From Paecilomyces variotii (lineage: Eukaryota), in NCBI GenBank assembly GCA_004022145.1, contig RCNU01000006.1: a stretch of DNA of 64,000 nt. One strand, written 5' to 3'. The position numbers and the translations under genes were made by a program. Shown piece by piece: positions 25,388 to 37,683 of this stretch; the first letter of the stretch is position 1; each line of letters starts with the position of its first letter. The notes below the pieces were generated by a model, which had not been told where the DNA came from, ran no database searches, and saw nothing but the letters and a program-made list of their open reading frames with translations.

Positions 25388-25605
25388 ACGCGAAAAGACA
25401 CGCCCGGCAGAAGAGAGCCAGAACCTGGCAGTAATGCGCAGATCCTGATCGCAGATACCACAAGAGTCCAGATTAGATTGACGTAGACAGACAGGCTGTG
25501 CCGGACAAGCTAGGCAGTGAGCTGGGGGATATGCATCAGATCGTGCTGGACAGTCGCGGGGTCTGTTCGCGTTGCGCTTACAATCTAAGTAGTGCTTTTT
25601 CGCGT
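25388..25605. promoter_or_regulatory. MCB/SCB-like ACGCGAA(A) motifs in the swi6 / LYR-gene divergent promoter
   Basis: ACGCGAAAA at 25388, TTCGCGT at 25566 and TTTTTCGCGT at 25596. Confidence 0.4.
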
Positions 25606-25812
25606 AACCCAGAAACATCATAAGTATTTCCTTTCTGGGCCACCGCCTTTGCTGCTCCCGGAGAATGATGGAGAGCATTTGATACTATCTTCTTCACTTT
25701 CAGACATCAAACACCCCCCTTGCAGCACCTTAAATTGAAATCAGGTTGTACGTACCTGGGATCACCATACCTTCGGTGGATTCATCCCAGACAGCTCTCT
25801 GTCATCCCAGAC

Positions 25813-26829
25813 ATGGCTCCTGGCCCCGTCTTCGTGCCGCCGGAGCAATGGCGACATCTGCTACGAGCTACTCTCCGCGAATGCTCTTACCTCCCAGACC
25901 CCATTGCGAGAGGGTATATGCGCGATCATGTGCGTGAAAGATATCGACACCATGCGTCCAAGTATCGGAGTCCCGCATCCATCCCAGTTCCCAAGCAGTT
26001 TAGTCTTCGAAGAGCCGCAAGGCACACCCTATCCCTTCTTCAACGCGCCAACGAAGGATATCTACGACCCCTGGAAAAGGTCATGCTGTTATCATATGGT
26101 CGGATCGGAAAACGGAGACACGAGCTTCTGGAACCTCTCCTGATGCCCGAAGTACCACCAGATTCTGAAGCAGTCGCGAAAATGATGCAGCAGCCTTCGA
26201 CGTTCGAGGATGGTTGGCAACCCCCCTCTATCGTGGTCGACCTTCTCAAGTCCCAGCAGAAGAACGGAATCATTGGAAAATACGGGATAAGACCGCAGGT
26301 GAAGACTCTGATGCCGAAGATCCCCGCAGAAAACTCCTGGGGAAGGCCCCTTGCCGTCAGCCGGAGAAGGAATATCAGGAAGAGATGGTACGCTGCTGCA
26401 CTAGATAGCCTTCTTCCACCTCTCCCGGAGGAAGAGGCGCGGCTACTACAGGACCTGATCTCTGGAGTGCAGCCATGGGCTCCGGTAAAGCGGAGAAAAG
26501 GCATTACCCAGCCAGAAACGACGCAGGCCCTCGATGCCAAATTTCTCGTGCAGGGACCGCAGAAAGGACACACTTTCGGGGCATTCGCCAACGGTCGACC
26601 GCACAACATCACACGACGCTTCATGCGTCGTGTATGGGAACGGCTTTCATGCATGATCCCTCGTATGGAGACGATCGGACCAGGAAAGGCACACTTCGAA
26701 TGGGGCACGCCCAGTCGAACCAGAAGAGAAATGCTTACGGTGGACAAAGACCAAGCCTCTGTTCTCTTCGCGGGTGTCGACTCTGACGGCAAGATTCAGA
26801 ACGAACATCACCGCGCCAGTGAACATTGA
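25813..26829 (+). CDS. Conserved fungal protein with N-terminal LYR-like motif, probably mitochondrial, 338 aa, intronless
   Basis: Long ORF; WRHLLRATLRECSYLPDPIAR resembles the LYR(x)LLR motif of Complex1_LYR proteins; basic composition. First ATG at 25813 (the track's TTG start is upstream). Confidence 0.7.
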   Translation: MAPGPVFVPPEQWRHLLRATLRECSYLPDPIARGYMRDHVRERYRHHASKYRSPASIPVPKQFSLRRAARHTLSLLQRANEGYLRPLEKVMLLSYGRIGKRRHELLEPLLMPEVPPDSEAVAKMMQQPSTFEDGWQPPSIVVDLLKSQQKNGIIGKYGIRPQVKTLMPKIPAENSWGRPLAVSRRRNIRKRWYAAALDSLLPPLPEEEARLLQDLISGVQPWAPVKRRKGITQPETTQALDAKFLVQGPQKGHTFGAFANGRPHNITRRFMRRVWERLSCMIPRMETIGPGKAHFEWGTPSRTRREMLTVDKDQASVLFAGVDSDGKIQNEHHRASEH

Positions 26830-27786
26830 AAGAATCGCCTCACTTGAGATGCGAAAGCAGCAGACTCTATTCGTCAGTGTGGCTAGAACTGCTCCCGGGA
26901 GACAGTAGTCTATCCCTGACCGCGTCTTCCTCGCGGGTCGTTTAGGCAACTTCAAGGCTTATCCTTGGTCCTTATGGATGCGGCCTTTAACTACGGAATG
27001 GATTTCTACCGGTCAATGAGGTGACCCTTTATGACCACATCCTAGGACGCGCCGTGAGTTGAGCCGCAGGAAGTATGTAGTCCTCACCATGCATAACATG
27101 CTGCCAAGGTCCTATGAAAAAATGAGTCCTCTACCGTAATAGGACCACAAAGGATACTGCCTTGAGCACAAGGCGCAGATTCCACCGACGGCCATTCTCT
27201 TGGATTTCTACCTTATCTGGCTCGCAGCTAGAGAATGATGGAATTACTATCGGGGATAGTTCCCTCTTGATGGCAGCTTCTTCAGATAGAGTGAATCGAG
27301 GGGGATCTTTACGAATTCTCAACTCTAGAAAAGGTGTAATGATAGGGATACGACTTGTCTACTTTACAAGACGAGCTACCTCTTTCGATCATTGCATCTT
27401 GGACACTGTCTGCCTCTGCTGGAAGAAATGGGGCATAGAATTATTCATACGGTACATGAGAACATATCATAGTTCGCTCAATCTAAATCCAAGAGGGAAG
27501 CTCGCTCTTAGCTTAGCTAAACCACATACCCAGGTAGTTATACCAAAATATTACTTAAGAGCAAATAGACACCGAAAGATGAACTTCCAGCTCGTTATCG
27601 ACATAGATCTCATAGTCTCTGACTTTGTCTCCAGCTTCAAGATTATCTACCTCGTATGGAAATAATAAACGAAAGAAGCCATTGTAATTTGTCTCGTTGA
27701 TCAATCAATCAAACAAACAGGTGTTAAGAATGAAGCTGAGTTTGGCAGCAGGGTGACAAACAGCAAGATAATAAACAAAAAAGAGA

Positions 27787-28876
27787 CTAGAAGCCCTTAG
27801 GAGCTGAACCAGCCATCGCACGAGCTGCGCGTTCGCGGTAAGCTTGTCTGAAGCGGTACCTTCCAATAGTGCCCAGTCCGACGGTAGCGATAAAGAGGCC
27901 GCACCAGATACCCGTGATGATTCCACCGATGGGGTTGACTAGGATGTGAGTACCGGGATAGGAGAACTTTGTGGCGGAAAACAAGATGGCCGTCGTGCGT
28001 GTCATGGCTTCGGGGAAGGTGATGTTGGTTGGTGTCCCGTTCGGCTGCGCCAGCTGGCCGGCAACATAGGAAATGGTGTCGGATGAAAGTGTAGTTGATA
28101 CGAGGTTGCTGGTGACGGGGTTGTTCGTGCTCATCGTAATGTTAGGGATCATTATGACTCGGAGGTCGTCTCTGATAGGTACATACATGTTAGTCTGACT
28201 GCTTTATATCCCAGCGCATTGCCCAATAGGCTAAGATGGGGCGGGCGAATACGTACGCTGTCAGTTTTTCGGTGGACAGTTTGTCGTTCAGCTGTCCGAC
28301 ACTCGTGAAGCCCTGTAGCATCTGTACTGTCTGGCCGTTGGATGTCTTGCTCTGAATCGGACCAGATATCATAGACTTCGGCGAGGACAATGTTGCCTCC
28401 GGAATCGTTATCTGCATGCTGTACTGGGTTGGTTTGGTCCCGGCGAACTCGTCCACGGGCTGGTTCATCTGATAGAGTCTTAGATCGGTCTGGAAGACAC
28501 CAGTCGTATTATCATAGAACGGAATGTTGTAGCAGGCGACGATACCGCTCGGGTTGACCGCGGACTTCATCGCACTCAACGCAGAGTCGCATGCTTTCAC
28601 AGCTGTTGCGTTGAACGCAGTCTCGTTGAAATTGCTCGCTGCTGCAGCTCCAGCATTATCAGCTCTCGACACGACATTCACGCCGCTGTGGTCCTCGGGC
28701 AGAGCAGCGCGCTTTTCCTGGAACAGTTCTCTCTCCGCGATTTCTAGGGCAGCGTCCCCGACGCCGATGTCGAGTCCACGACGGAAAAGCTGGTCCGCGA
28801 GAAGGTTCTTTGCGAGGGCGTTTGAGATTGGCGCAGCCAGCAGCAATGCACAAATTGGCGCCAGGTTCAGCTTCAT
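27787..28876 (-). CDS. Uncharacterised single-pass membrane protein with signal peptide. Exons 28876-28257, 28171-27787
   Basis: N-terminal hydrophobic signal (MKLNLAPICALLLAAPISNALA), NPSGIVACYNIPFYDNTTGVFQTDLRLY core, several N-glycosylation sequons and a C-terminal TM helix (IGGIITGIWCGLFIATVGLGTIG) followed by basic residues. Intron GTACGT...CTAAC...CAG restores the frame. Confidence 0.82.
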
Positions 28877-30772
28877 CTTGTCGTCCACAGTAAGACACCC
28901 TCAGATGGGAACGTTCGATCCTCGTCTTACTCCTCCCGCTCAATAATTAAAAGGACGCACGTCAGGCGATTCGAAAAGAGAGTCGATAAAAATCCGTCCA
29001 GCGGCACTTCGAAGAAAAAAAAGTAATAACCTTGCATCGAGGTCAGCGTCAATCCGAACACATAGCCGCCGTACCAACAGGGTCAACCAACCAGTTAGCT
29101 ACGCCAGCGGTAACTTGAAGATGCCAAGACGAGAGACACCTCTACGAAACGAAAGTAACGAACAAAAAATTAAGTAAAAAATCGCGAATTATGAACTGAA
29201 CGTAGGGGAAAGAAAGAAAGAAACAAGTCGACTCCAGGTGACCTTAGTGAGAAAGGAATAAAAGAGGGAAGATCGTTAAGCACCGTGGCCTCCGTTAAAG
29301 GGGAGCAGAGCCACGAGGTTCCAGATTAGCATCATGTCTATCCTCAACGACTGTATCATCATTGTCGCAGCTCCACCAAAAGCACAGACGACCACAACTT
29401 TGAAGGTTCATGCACAAAGCTTCAAGTATGATCTAGTGCTCAAACAGGCGATTTTTACCTTTAGCCCCGAGGTGCCCGACTATCCGAGTGTTCCTGATGG
29501 CGAGACCTGAGACGTGTTTGGTTTGGCGTCAACCGACCTTGTCAATCCAGAAAACCCCAGGCACCCTAAGGGAGTGTTCTTGAGCTGGTAGTGATCTTAA
29601 TCACCGGTTCGAGGCAGTTATACCATACTTGGCAGGAGATGCTTGGCTCGAATGATCAGGTTAGAAGGAAAGAATAACAATCTGATGTTAAACAATTGCC
29701 GTTACCCCCTCGGCCTTGTGACAGTTGGTCTGCTGCAGTCGCTTAAATCAGTGCCAACCCTGCAGTATAGTTAGTTAGCTACTGTAGTCCATGACGCGAA
29801 GATGCAGTATCCCCTAGCTTCCAGACCCTATCTACCCCGGGGTCTATACGGTACACAAACAGAAGGGCCGTCGCGACCGAGGGGTACAGTGAAAGGCCCA
29901 GCCCCTCTCCCAAGTCGATCGATGGCATTCGATTCACGATCTCATTATCAGAGGGAAAGGAGGAAAGAATAGGCTTCTCTGTCTAGAATATTGGGATCCC
30001 AGACAGCCGGAGTTTCAATAACAGCCAAAATGGCGCTTCTCTGTCGACGGTCCAAGGAGGTGGTTTCGGGTTACCTAGGTAGAGCAGGCGCGTTCCCCAA
30101 ACAAGCATAGCGAGTGTTTACTTCTACTTCCGTGGGCTCATGCTCAGACATGATCATCCCCGTTAGATACTACTGTGACAGAGGATTAGTATAGGCTAGT
30201 TATTATGTTGGGACTCGGTACTATCGTTGCTCTTCAGCCCTCCAGAGTCGGTCGGCACTTCATCGTGTTTTGCACAGGCCGGCAGATTATCCGATGATGG
30301 GTTTTGTTTCGAAGCCATAGCTAGCTGGTTTCGACGTTCATCAACCCAAATATTGTCAAAACAATTATCGAATTATCAAGCTAACTACTCCGTACTCCAT
30401 AGCCTTATGTTGTTTTGAAATTGGTTTCGAAGAAGAGGAATATATATAAGATGACGACTGTGACAACGTAATCTAAGACTACGTAGATATGCCTAGAAAG
30501 CCTCTCAAAGCTCGAATAGGTATCTAATGGTGATGGTCTGGCTGTACTCGCTCGTGTACTTAGTCGGCCGTCTCAAGTATATTCGCTCTTGATAGTTTAA
30601 CTCAAATTGAATAATGAAAGAGGTACTATATCAAATGCCCCCAGATTCCCAGAAACTTTATACATATCATTATATGAACTATGCCACCGGTATCCATGCA
30701 GACTCTCAAGCATTCAAGAGTCGAGACAAACTGCCCAAATCATATATGGAATCAGATTTGATCACATATCTC

Positions 30773-32804
30773 TCATTTCAAACCTTTGAGCAACCCATTC
30801 AGCACAGCGACAAGACCGTAGGCTCCAGGATCTGGCAGACGAGCGGCTTCCTCTTCCTTTGTCTGTTGCATTCCAGAGTCATCCTTGACATACGCAGACC
30901 GTCCAAATCTGGCTTGTAGATTTCGCGTGTTCTCAGAACCAGCGTGCGCTTCAGAAACGGCTGCCTCAAGGGCGGCGAGGCCCTGAGGCTGGTCCTTGCT
31001 TACGCGGTCCAACGTTGTTACGAATGGTATCAACGCATCCATCAAGGTACGATCTCCAACACGAGCACCGGTGAAGTTCTCCAGTGCCGTCAGTGCTTCC
31101 ACTGCTGCACGAGCAAAGTATCGAACATCGATAGGGGTGTTCTCCTCGTAGAGATGGTTCAAAGACGCGGCTAGCGCGGATAAAAAGATGCCGTAGATTC
31201 CTCCTGAGGTGCCTCCCATAGCCTCGGTGACGACCTCCGACAGTGCAAGCGTCCCCTGAGTGAGACTGTGCGTAGGCAGTGAGCCGGTTTCTGCCCCTTG
31301 CAACATGGCCTGCGCGCCTGCAAGAAGCGTTGTTCCGCAATCGCCATCGCCAAGAACCGTATCGTAGTGTGTAAGAGCTGGCTCTGCTGCAACAACTTCC
31401 GAGTAAATGGACTTGATGACCTTTACGAAGGCTTCCTTATCACCTGTTTCGCACTTTGTCAGTAAAGTATTGAATGTGTGAGAACACAGAAACAGAAAGG
31501 AAGAGGGAAGACTAACAGCGAATGTCATTAAGGCTGGTGCGGCGGGGCTTCTCAGCTCCTTGATCAACTGACTCGCTAATGCCGGACTCCTTCGTCCACT
31601 GGTCGATAGGGATACTTGAGGCCCAGCCGTTTGCAGTCGTGGGGTCATTGAGAAGGCTCAAGATTGTGGAAGCTTCTTCGGAGTCATCCAGGCTCAGTAA
31701 CGTGATACTGAAGCCACGACCGTCCAATGCGGAAAGGAAGGTGCCTGCGTAGGTTCGGCACGGGGTGATGTTATACATGCTCTTTAATTGCGTGCTGACC
31801 AGAGAGGTTAATGCGCCCAGTTCGATGGTCGAGAGACCCCCTAGATTGTTCATTAGTAGAACCACACGACGACCAGCGTTGGCTGCTTCAGCGGGCAGGA
31901 AGCCGTGCTCCTTGTTGGTCGAGTCAAGGAGAAGATTGAGCATCTTCTTGATAACCTCCTCTGTTGGTGTCTCTGCTGGTAGACGGTCGAAGGCTGGCTC
32001 ATTGTGAATCCCCATACCCAAACTGATCTCCTCACTGTGCCCCGTTTCTGCTCCCTGCTGGCCTGGGACATAGCACGGTGCGAGCGACACTCCAATGGTG
32101 CCCATGTTGTTGGAGATTTTATCACACAGTTGAACAATGCGGTCGATATCTAGGCCCCGGTGCGCTGCTGCACCGGCCACTTTGTGAATGAGAATAGTAC
32201 CAGCCAGGCCACGACGACCGACGAATTTGCCGCGAGAACGAGGCACCGATACGTCTTCAGCCACCAATACCACGCGGACATCCTGCCCCGTTGCGGCTTT
32301 GTAGCGCTCAGCGGCGAGCGAAAAGTTTAGTTTGTCGCCAGTATAGTTCTTGACAACCACAATTGTCCCTTTGGGTGAGGCAGCTGCCTCAAGAGCACGG
32401 TATATCTGTCGGATATTGGGCGAGGAGAAAATGGAGCCGGCAACCGTCGCATCCAACATACCCTCACCCAGGTATCCAGCGTGGGCAGGTTCATGGCCAC
32501 TTCCACCTGGGCCAAGTTAGTAAATCAACCAATCGCAGACTGTAGAGGAATTGAGAGAAGAAAAACATACCTCCACTGATCACCGTGACTCTATTGGCAT
32601 CAGCCAGGTTTGGTTTAAACAAAACACCAAATCTCTCATCGAACCTCAAGCCCGGCTGTAATTGTAGCTGAGCACGACTCCATTCTCTTACGAGCAAGAC
32701 TGGGTCCTGGATAAATCTGCGCTCTACAGGAGATAGTCAGCATTGGCCAATGGCGTTTGGACAAGTGACACATGCGCCGCGCAGAAGGACCAACCTGGAG
32801 CCAT
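30773..32804 (-). CDS. Dihydroxyacetone kinase family protein (fused Dak1+Dak2). Exons 32804-32795, 32723-32571, 32506-31517, 31443-30773
   Basis: Spliced ISGGGSGHEPAHAGYLGEGMLDA, KNYTGDKLNF, VGRRGLAGT, GMGIHNEP (catalytic His), NNLGG, GDGDCGTT, MGGTSG, GDRTLMDAL, FGRSAY and DPGA. Three canonical introns. Confidence 0.92.
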
Positions 32805-34740
32805 TGTGTATAATAAAGGAAGTAGACGGTAAAGCCGGAGAGGGAGACAAAAGAGAGGCTTGGCCGCCTTTTAACTGGTATGCTTTTACTCAAGTTATCT
32901 CGTGGAATCTAGAGACTGGTAATGCCATTGCTGAAAACAGACAAATTATCTGCCATCGATATAAGTCATCCGATGCCATTGTACCACCAAATGCCCTCAT
33001 GTGATGACCCCTCACATCCCCGCCTTTCTTTCCTCTTCTACTTTCCTCCTGATTCTCCCGTGGCACGAACCAGGAAGGTGATTGCAACAAATGAAAAGAA
33101 GAAGACATGTTCTAGCCGCCAAAATTGGCTTTCCCATCCGATATTGTCAAGAAGACGTAAACTATGCGAGTGGGGTTCTTCATCGATGCGGAGAAGCGGA
33201 TCCGACTGTGGGGATCAGCCATCCGGTCCGATCGGCTGGATCGGAGATGGGATGGGATGGAATAATTATAGCAAGTCGAGCGATAACTACAGATGAGGAG
33301 AAGTAGAAAATCATTCTCGAGTTATTTGGACGCGCAATCTTGGAGTCTTCCTGTCTTGTTGCACAGAGCATCAACTTATGGCTGGCGATGTTAGCAACTA
33401 CCCACCAAGTAAGTAACATGACCTGGCAGATCCTGCGCGGTGCTACGAGTGTTTAAACGACCATAATTATGCCATTGGAGCATGTAGATCTTGCATACGG
33501 GATCATCCGGACTTCCCTCGGTTGTTCCTGACTATTGGCCAGAATGTATCTTTCCCCCGATAAAGATGACGAGTTATGGCGGTGCCTCGTGCATCTAAAC
33601 GCGACTGATCGCCCGCCATTTCTCCAACTCTCCCCTTAACCATGCGTCTACAGGAACTGGGGTTTATTCGCCACGTTGTCACATATTCAATCAATGTATA
33701 TCGAAGATGATAATCATTGAGTATCCCATAAGCAGAGATATCAATCACGATATCACGTCTATCCATTCAGTTATAACACCGCTATTCGCGGTGAGAATAT
33801 CAACACAACTACAGGCAATATCGCGCCTAACCCCCAAGGTGATCAGCACTTGGAGTCGCACTAAGTGATATGCTTTTCACAACTAAGCCTTGCTTTCTAG
33901 GATATTGTCCCCATTTTGTAAAACGAAAAAGAACCGTCACACTTTTGTGCTAGGGCAACGTACAATGCCGATCGAAGGGTCCAAACAGGTTTGATTAGGA
34001 CCCATGAGTAGCTAATAACAGGGCCCAATCCAGCAAGCTTATTTGAGGTCAATTACACGCGGAACCGCAAGTCATATTCCCCTGTCCTGTGTTTACCTTG
34101 AAGCTGTCACCCCGTTCTCGCCGAGACATCGATGGCATTTCCAGTCGCTACAGCTAGTGGACCATGGCATTTGATATCGTTCAAATGCCTATATCATTGC
34201 CTCCTAATATTCTCACGTATAATGTAGATTCTGTCAAGAGTTTAAACGTCGCTTGTAACCATAGTTCATAAATCATCAAGCTATGCTCTCTACCTACTCA
34301 AATTTATAGCCAAAAAGAGGGGCGGAGGTGCGTGTCGATAAGCCGACCTTATCAGTCGCCACACCCGCAGAGATCACTAATGCCACAGGCCGGAAACCCC
34401 ACCATCGCTGTAAAAATTTCAGGTTAAAGAATCACGACGGCGGGGTATTATTTGCGTCCATTACTACGTTTGACGCTCGTTTCAGATTTTAATCGCTGCG
34501 AAATACCCTAGATAAACATTCTACGGGAAAGCAGAGACTTTTTTCGAGCTGCAGCAGAAATTTCCTGCGTCCCGCGAAGACGCGAATTTGCAGCTGACAA
34601 ATTTGCAGATTGTTTCTCATCATATGCTTCACTAGCAATCACGATCTAAAGCGTGTTGCCTTTCATGTGTGGATGACTATATCGGTTTTCTATCTGAGTG
34701 TCTATCTTCTATAAGGTCTTTTTTTTTTTCTTTTCGACAG

Positions 34741-37683
34741 ATGGCGGAATCTACAAACTCTACGGTTCCAGTTACACTGGATACTCTATATGATGAGTCC
34801 GATATCTCATCATCAATGAAGAAGCAGTATGATCCGGTTAGTCTCACTGCGGCCGGGTCACTCGCTGTCCTGGAGCTACCTCTTGCCAAACAGATTTTTG
34901 GTCATGGAATCCAGGAAGGAGACGAGGGCCTTGTCCCCGTGAAGAGCGGGGAGTCAACGTATACGGATTTCGTCACCCAAAGAGCAAAGAAGCTGGCGGA
35001 GAAGGAGACAGGTTCTTCAAATATACGGTCACAGATTCTGCATATTGGTCTTGCGGCGCTCTTCTCATTCCTACAGTCCAACGTGACCGGTCCCCCATTG
35101 GCTTTTGATTCCGCGAAAGTCGTCTTCCCTGCGGCTTTGACGGAGACTAAGGCTGTTGTAAATACAATCCGGAAGAAGATGATCCGCGATCTGTCTGTGG
35201 ATGGAGAGGCTGCTTATCAACTAACGCCAAATGTCGAGCTCTTCTGTGTGGCGAAGGCGTTGTTGGTGGACGCGGGTGTTCTGTTGACGGCCTCAGCACC
35301 GTTAGCAGCGCGGGTTGCCCGGATGCGAGTTAATTTCCTGCATCAAAAGATGTTGTCTGAGGTTACGGGTAGTCTTCAGGCGCTTATTTATGATGACCTT
35401 GATGAGATCGCGAAGGTCCTACTTGATGCGCCTAACTCTGATACGGAAGAAAAGGCTAGATTCTTGGTCGAGAGGGCGACAATACACACGTTCTTTGGCT
35501 TCGATTCAAAGGCTAGAGCAGATCTCGAGCAAGCTGCTGCAACGAGAAATTTCGAGTTCGCCCTAACTGGAAAGCTGGGGAAGAGGACGAAGTTTCAGGA
35601 TCGTGACATCAGTCAACTCGTGGTTCTAGCGAAAAGCGCCGACGGCAAAGCTGCGGAAGAGTCTAATGCTACTACAGAGAAGAAGGATGAGGCTGAATCC
35701 TCAGGACCTAAGAATATTGACCTCAATGACGATACCCTTTTGGAGTCTATTTCATTTGCGAAGGAAGATGAGAGAACGCAAGAAAAGTCAATGACGGTGC
35801 AGGATGAATCTTCTCTGCCTCCTTCCTTGGCTTCCCTTGATCCTGCAAACCAGCCTATGCTGAACCCTGTTGATTCGGCTATTCTACTTTCTCTCGCATC
35901 TGCAATCACCAATACGACCCCTGAGAACGGCCTGACGCGAGAAGAAACCCTTCCGTACGCGACTCGTGTGCTGGAAGGCGGAAGCTCCAACTGGCAGATC
36001 TATACGCAGGCTCTGCTGGTCCGAAGTCGGATTGAGGGCTTCAAATCCCGCACCGTGGAGAGAGGTGTCTTGCAAATGCAAGCCCTAGTAGATCAGGTCA
36101 TAGCTGACACTGCATCTGTTGACTCTGCTCCGGTAGACACTGCATCGCCCGAAGCAGCAACCACTTTCCTTCCCAGACCGGAGAAATCGGAATCAGCACC
36201 AGCGGCTGACAGACTGGAATACATCTGGTTGTTGAATTTCTCTACACGATGGGGTCTCGAAGCAGAGTTGGCCAACCGATGGGTTAACCTTGGAGGACTC
36301 CGGACAGCTCTTGATATCTACGAGCGTCTTCAGATGTGGGCGGAGGTTTCTCTATGTTATGCTGCCACTGAGAGGGAGGATAAGGCGAGGACGATCGTGC
36401 GCAGACAGCTGTACGAACGAACCAACAAGGACGTCGAGGACGAGGACGAAAAATTCGAGGGCCCAGAATTGTCAACTCTCCCTGCAGATGCTCCAAGATT
36501 GTTCTGTATTCTGGGGGACATCGACAAGGACCCGTCTATGTACGAACGTGCTTGGGAGGTTTCCAAGATGCGTTACGCTCGCGCTCAGCGATCTCTCGCC
36601 CGCCACTATTTGACCTCGAAACCACCAGCTCTCGACAAAGCCGAAGAAGCCTACCGCAAGAGTCTCCAAATCAACCGTCTCAACCACGGCGCCTGGTTTG
36701 CCCTCGGCTGTGTCCAGCTCGAGCTGCAGAAATGGAACGAATCAATCGAGTCGTTCACGCGAGTAGTCCAGCTCGAAGAAACCGATGCTGAAGCATGGAG
36801 TAACCTCGCTGCTGCTCTCCTCCACGTTTCCACCACCGAGCCAACTCAGATCGCCGCAGACAGTATCCCAGCGGAAAAAGCAGAAGACGAGGAGGAGGGA
36901 GACGAAACCGCACCCGCAGCAAAAGACCCCTACAAGAACAAACGCGATGCACTCGCAGCACTCCACCGAGCCGCCCAGCTCAAAAACACCGATCACCGCA
37001 TCTGGGACAACCTCCTCACAGTAGCAGCTTCCATCCCTCCCCCCAATGTCCCTTTCAAAGACATCGTCCACGCACAACGAAAAGTGATCGAGATCCTCGG
37101 ACCGAAAAAGGGCGAGAAATGCATCGATCTCCCGATCCTGACGATGTTGGTAGATTATCTCGTCAAGAACTACCAATATGAAGATCTACTTATCGCCATC
37201 GACGAAAACAAAACGGAACGCGTTCTCCGTCGCGGAACTGTCCCCGGACAGATCGTCACGTTGGTTGATGAGAGCGTCGTCCCACTCATCACTCACTCTG
37301 CTCCGCTCTGGCTGCTCGTTGCACGCTTGGAGCAGTTTAGACATCGACCTTCTAAAGCATTCGAAGCTCACGAGAAGGCGTGGCGTGCTGTTGTTGCATC
37401 TGCTACGCAGGGAGCGTTCCAGATGGGAGACGAGAACAAGTGGATGGATGTCGTCAAGGCTACGGAACGCTTGGTTCGCGAGGGATATGCCAAGTTCGGA
37501 GGCATGCAGAAGGAAGGACAGGAGGAAGGGAAACCAGATGCTGAAACCGAACTGGTGGCGAAAGATTGGAGATTCAAGGCTCGAAGTGCTGTGAGGGGTA
37601 TTCTGGGTAAAGGTAAGGAGTTCTGGGAGGGAACTGAGGGATGGGATCGTCTGAAAGAGCTTCAGTCGGAGGTCAGTGGTTAA
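34741..37683 (+). CDS. EMW1: TPR-repeat protein Emw1/TTC27
   Basis: ~980-aa ORF with FLQSNVTGP, LTGKLGKRTKFQ, SSNWQIYTQALLVRSRIE and RTVERGVLQMQALVDQ motifs, plus TPRs (AWFALGCVQLELQKW, EAWSNLAA). Confidence 0.88.
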   Translation: MAESTNSTVPVTLDTLYDESDISSSMKKQYDPVSLTAAGSLAVLELPLAKQIFGHGIQEGDEGLVPVKSGESTYTDFVTQRAKKLAEKETGSSNIRSQILHIGLAALFSFLQSNVTGPPLAFDSAKVVFPAALTETKAVVNTIRKKMIRDLSVDGEAAYQLTPNVELFCVAKALLVDAGVLLTASAPLAARVARMRVNFLHQKMLSEVTGSLQALIYDDLDEIAKVLLDAPNSDTEEKARFLVERATIHTFFGFDSKARADLEQAAATRNFEFALTGKLGKRTKFQDRDISQLVVLAKSADGKAAEESNATTEKKDEAESSGPKNIDLNDDTLLESISFAKEDERTQEKSMTVQDESSLPPSLASLDPANQPMLNPVDSAILLSLASAITNTTPENGLTREETLPYATRVLEGGSSNWQIYTQALLVRSRIEGFKSRTVERGVLQMQALVDQVIADTASVDSAPVDTASPEAATTFLPRPEKSESAPAADRLEYIWLLNFSTRWGLEAELANRWVNLGGLRTALDIYERLQMWAEVSLCYAATEREDKARTIVRRQLYERTNKDVEDEDEKFEGPELSTLPADAPRLFCILGDIDKDPSMYERAWEVSKMRYARAQRSLARHYLTSKPPALDKAEEAYRKSLQINRLNHGAWFALGCVQLELQKWNESIESFTRVVQLEETDAEAWSNLAAALLHVSTTEPTQIAADSIPAEKAEDEEEGDETAPAAKDPYKNKRDALAALHRAAQLKNTDHRIWDNLLTVAASIPPPNVPFKDIVHAQRKVIEILGPKKGEKCIDLPILTMLVDYLVKNYQYEDLLIAIDENKTERVLRRGTVPGQIVTLVDESVVPLITHSAPLWLLVARLEQFRHRPSKAFEAHEKAWRAVVASATQGAFQMGDENKWMDVVKATERLVREGYAKFGGMQKEGQEEGKPDAETELVAKDWRFKARSAVRGILGKGKEFWEGTEGWDRLKELQSEVSG

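Noticed and set aside
27130..27682. Protein-like fragments on the minus strand (MASFVYYF / PYEVDNLEAGDKVRDYEIYVDNELEVHL) and a 167-aa plus-strand ORF
   Set aside because: Needs frameshifts, no family recognised, and it starts about 100 nt past the neighbouring stop codon, probably within a 3' UTR. A tBLASTn hit would be needed to call a relic.
30614..30919. 101-aa plus-strand ORF overlapping the DAK 3' end
   Set aside because: No motifs, antisense overlap and no promoter evidence.
34669..34740. ORF-track N-terminal extension of EMW1 from a GTG start
   Set aside because: The poly-T tract ending in CAG directly before the ATG at 34741 looks like UTR or a 5'-UTR intron acceptor. No convincing donor found, so neither is annotated.
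35673..35681. Exact METTL16 substrate nonamer TACAGAGAA in the EMW1 coding sequence, next to the METTL16-like gene
   Set aside because: About 0.5 copies of a given 9-mer are expected by chance on both strands of 64 kb. It encodes ordinary T-T-E-K codons and I saw no enclosing hairpin.
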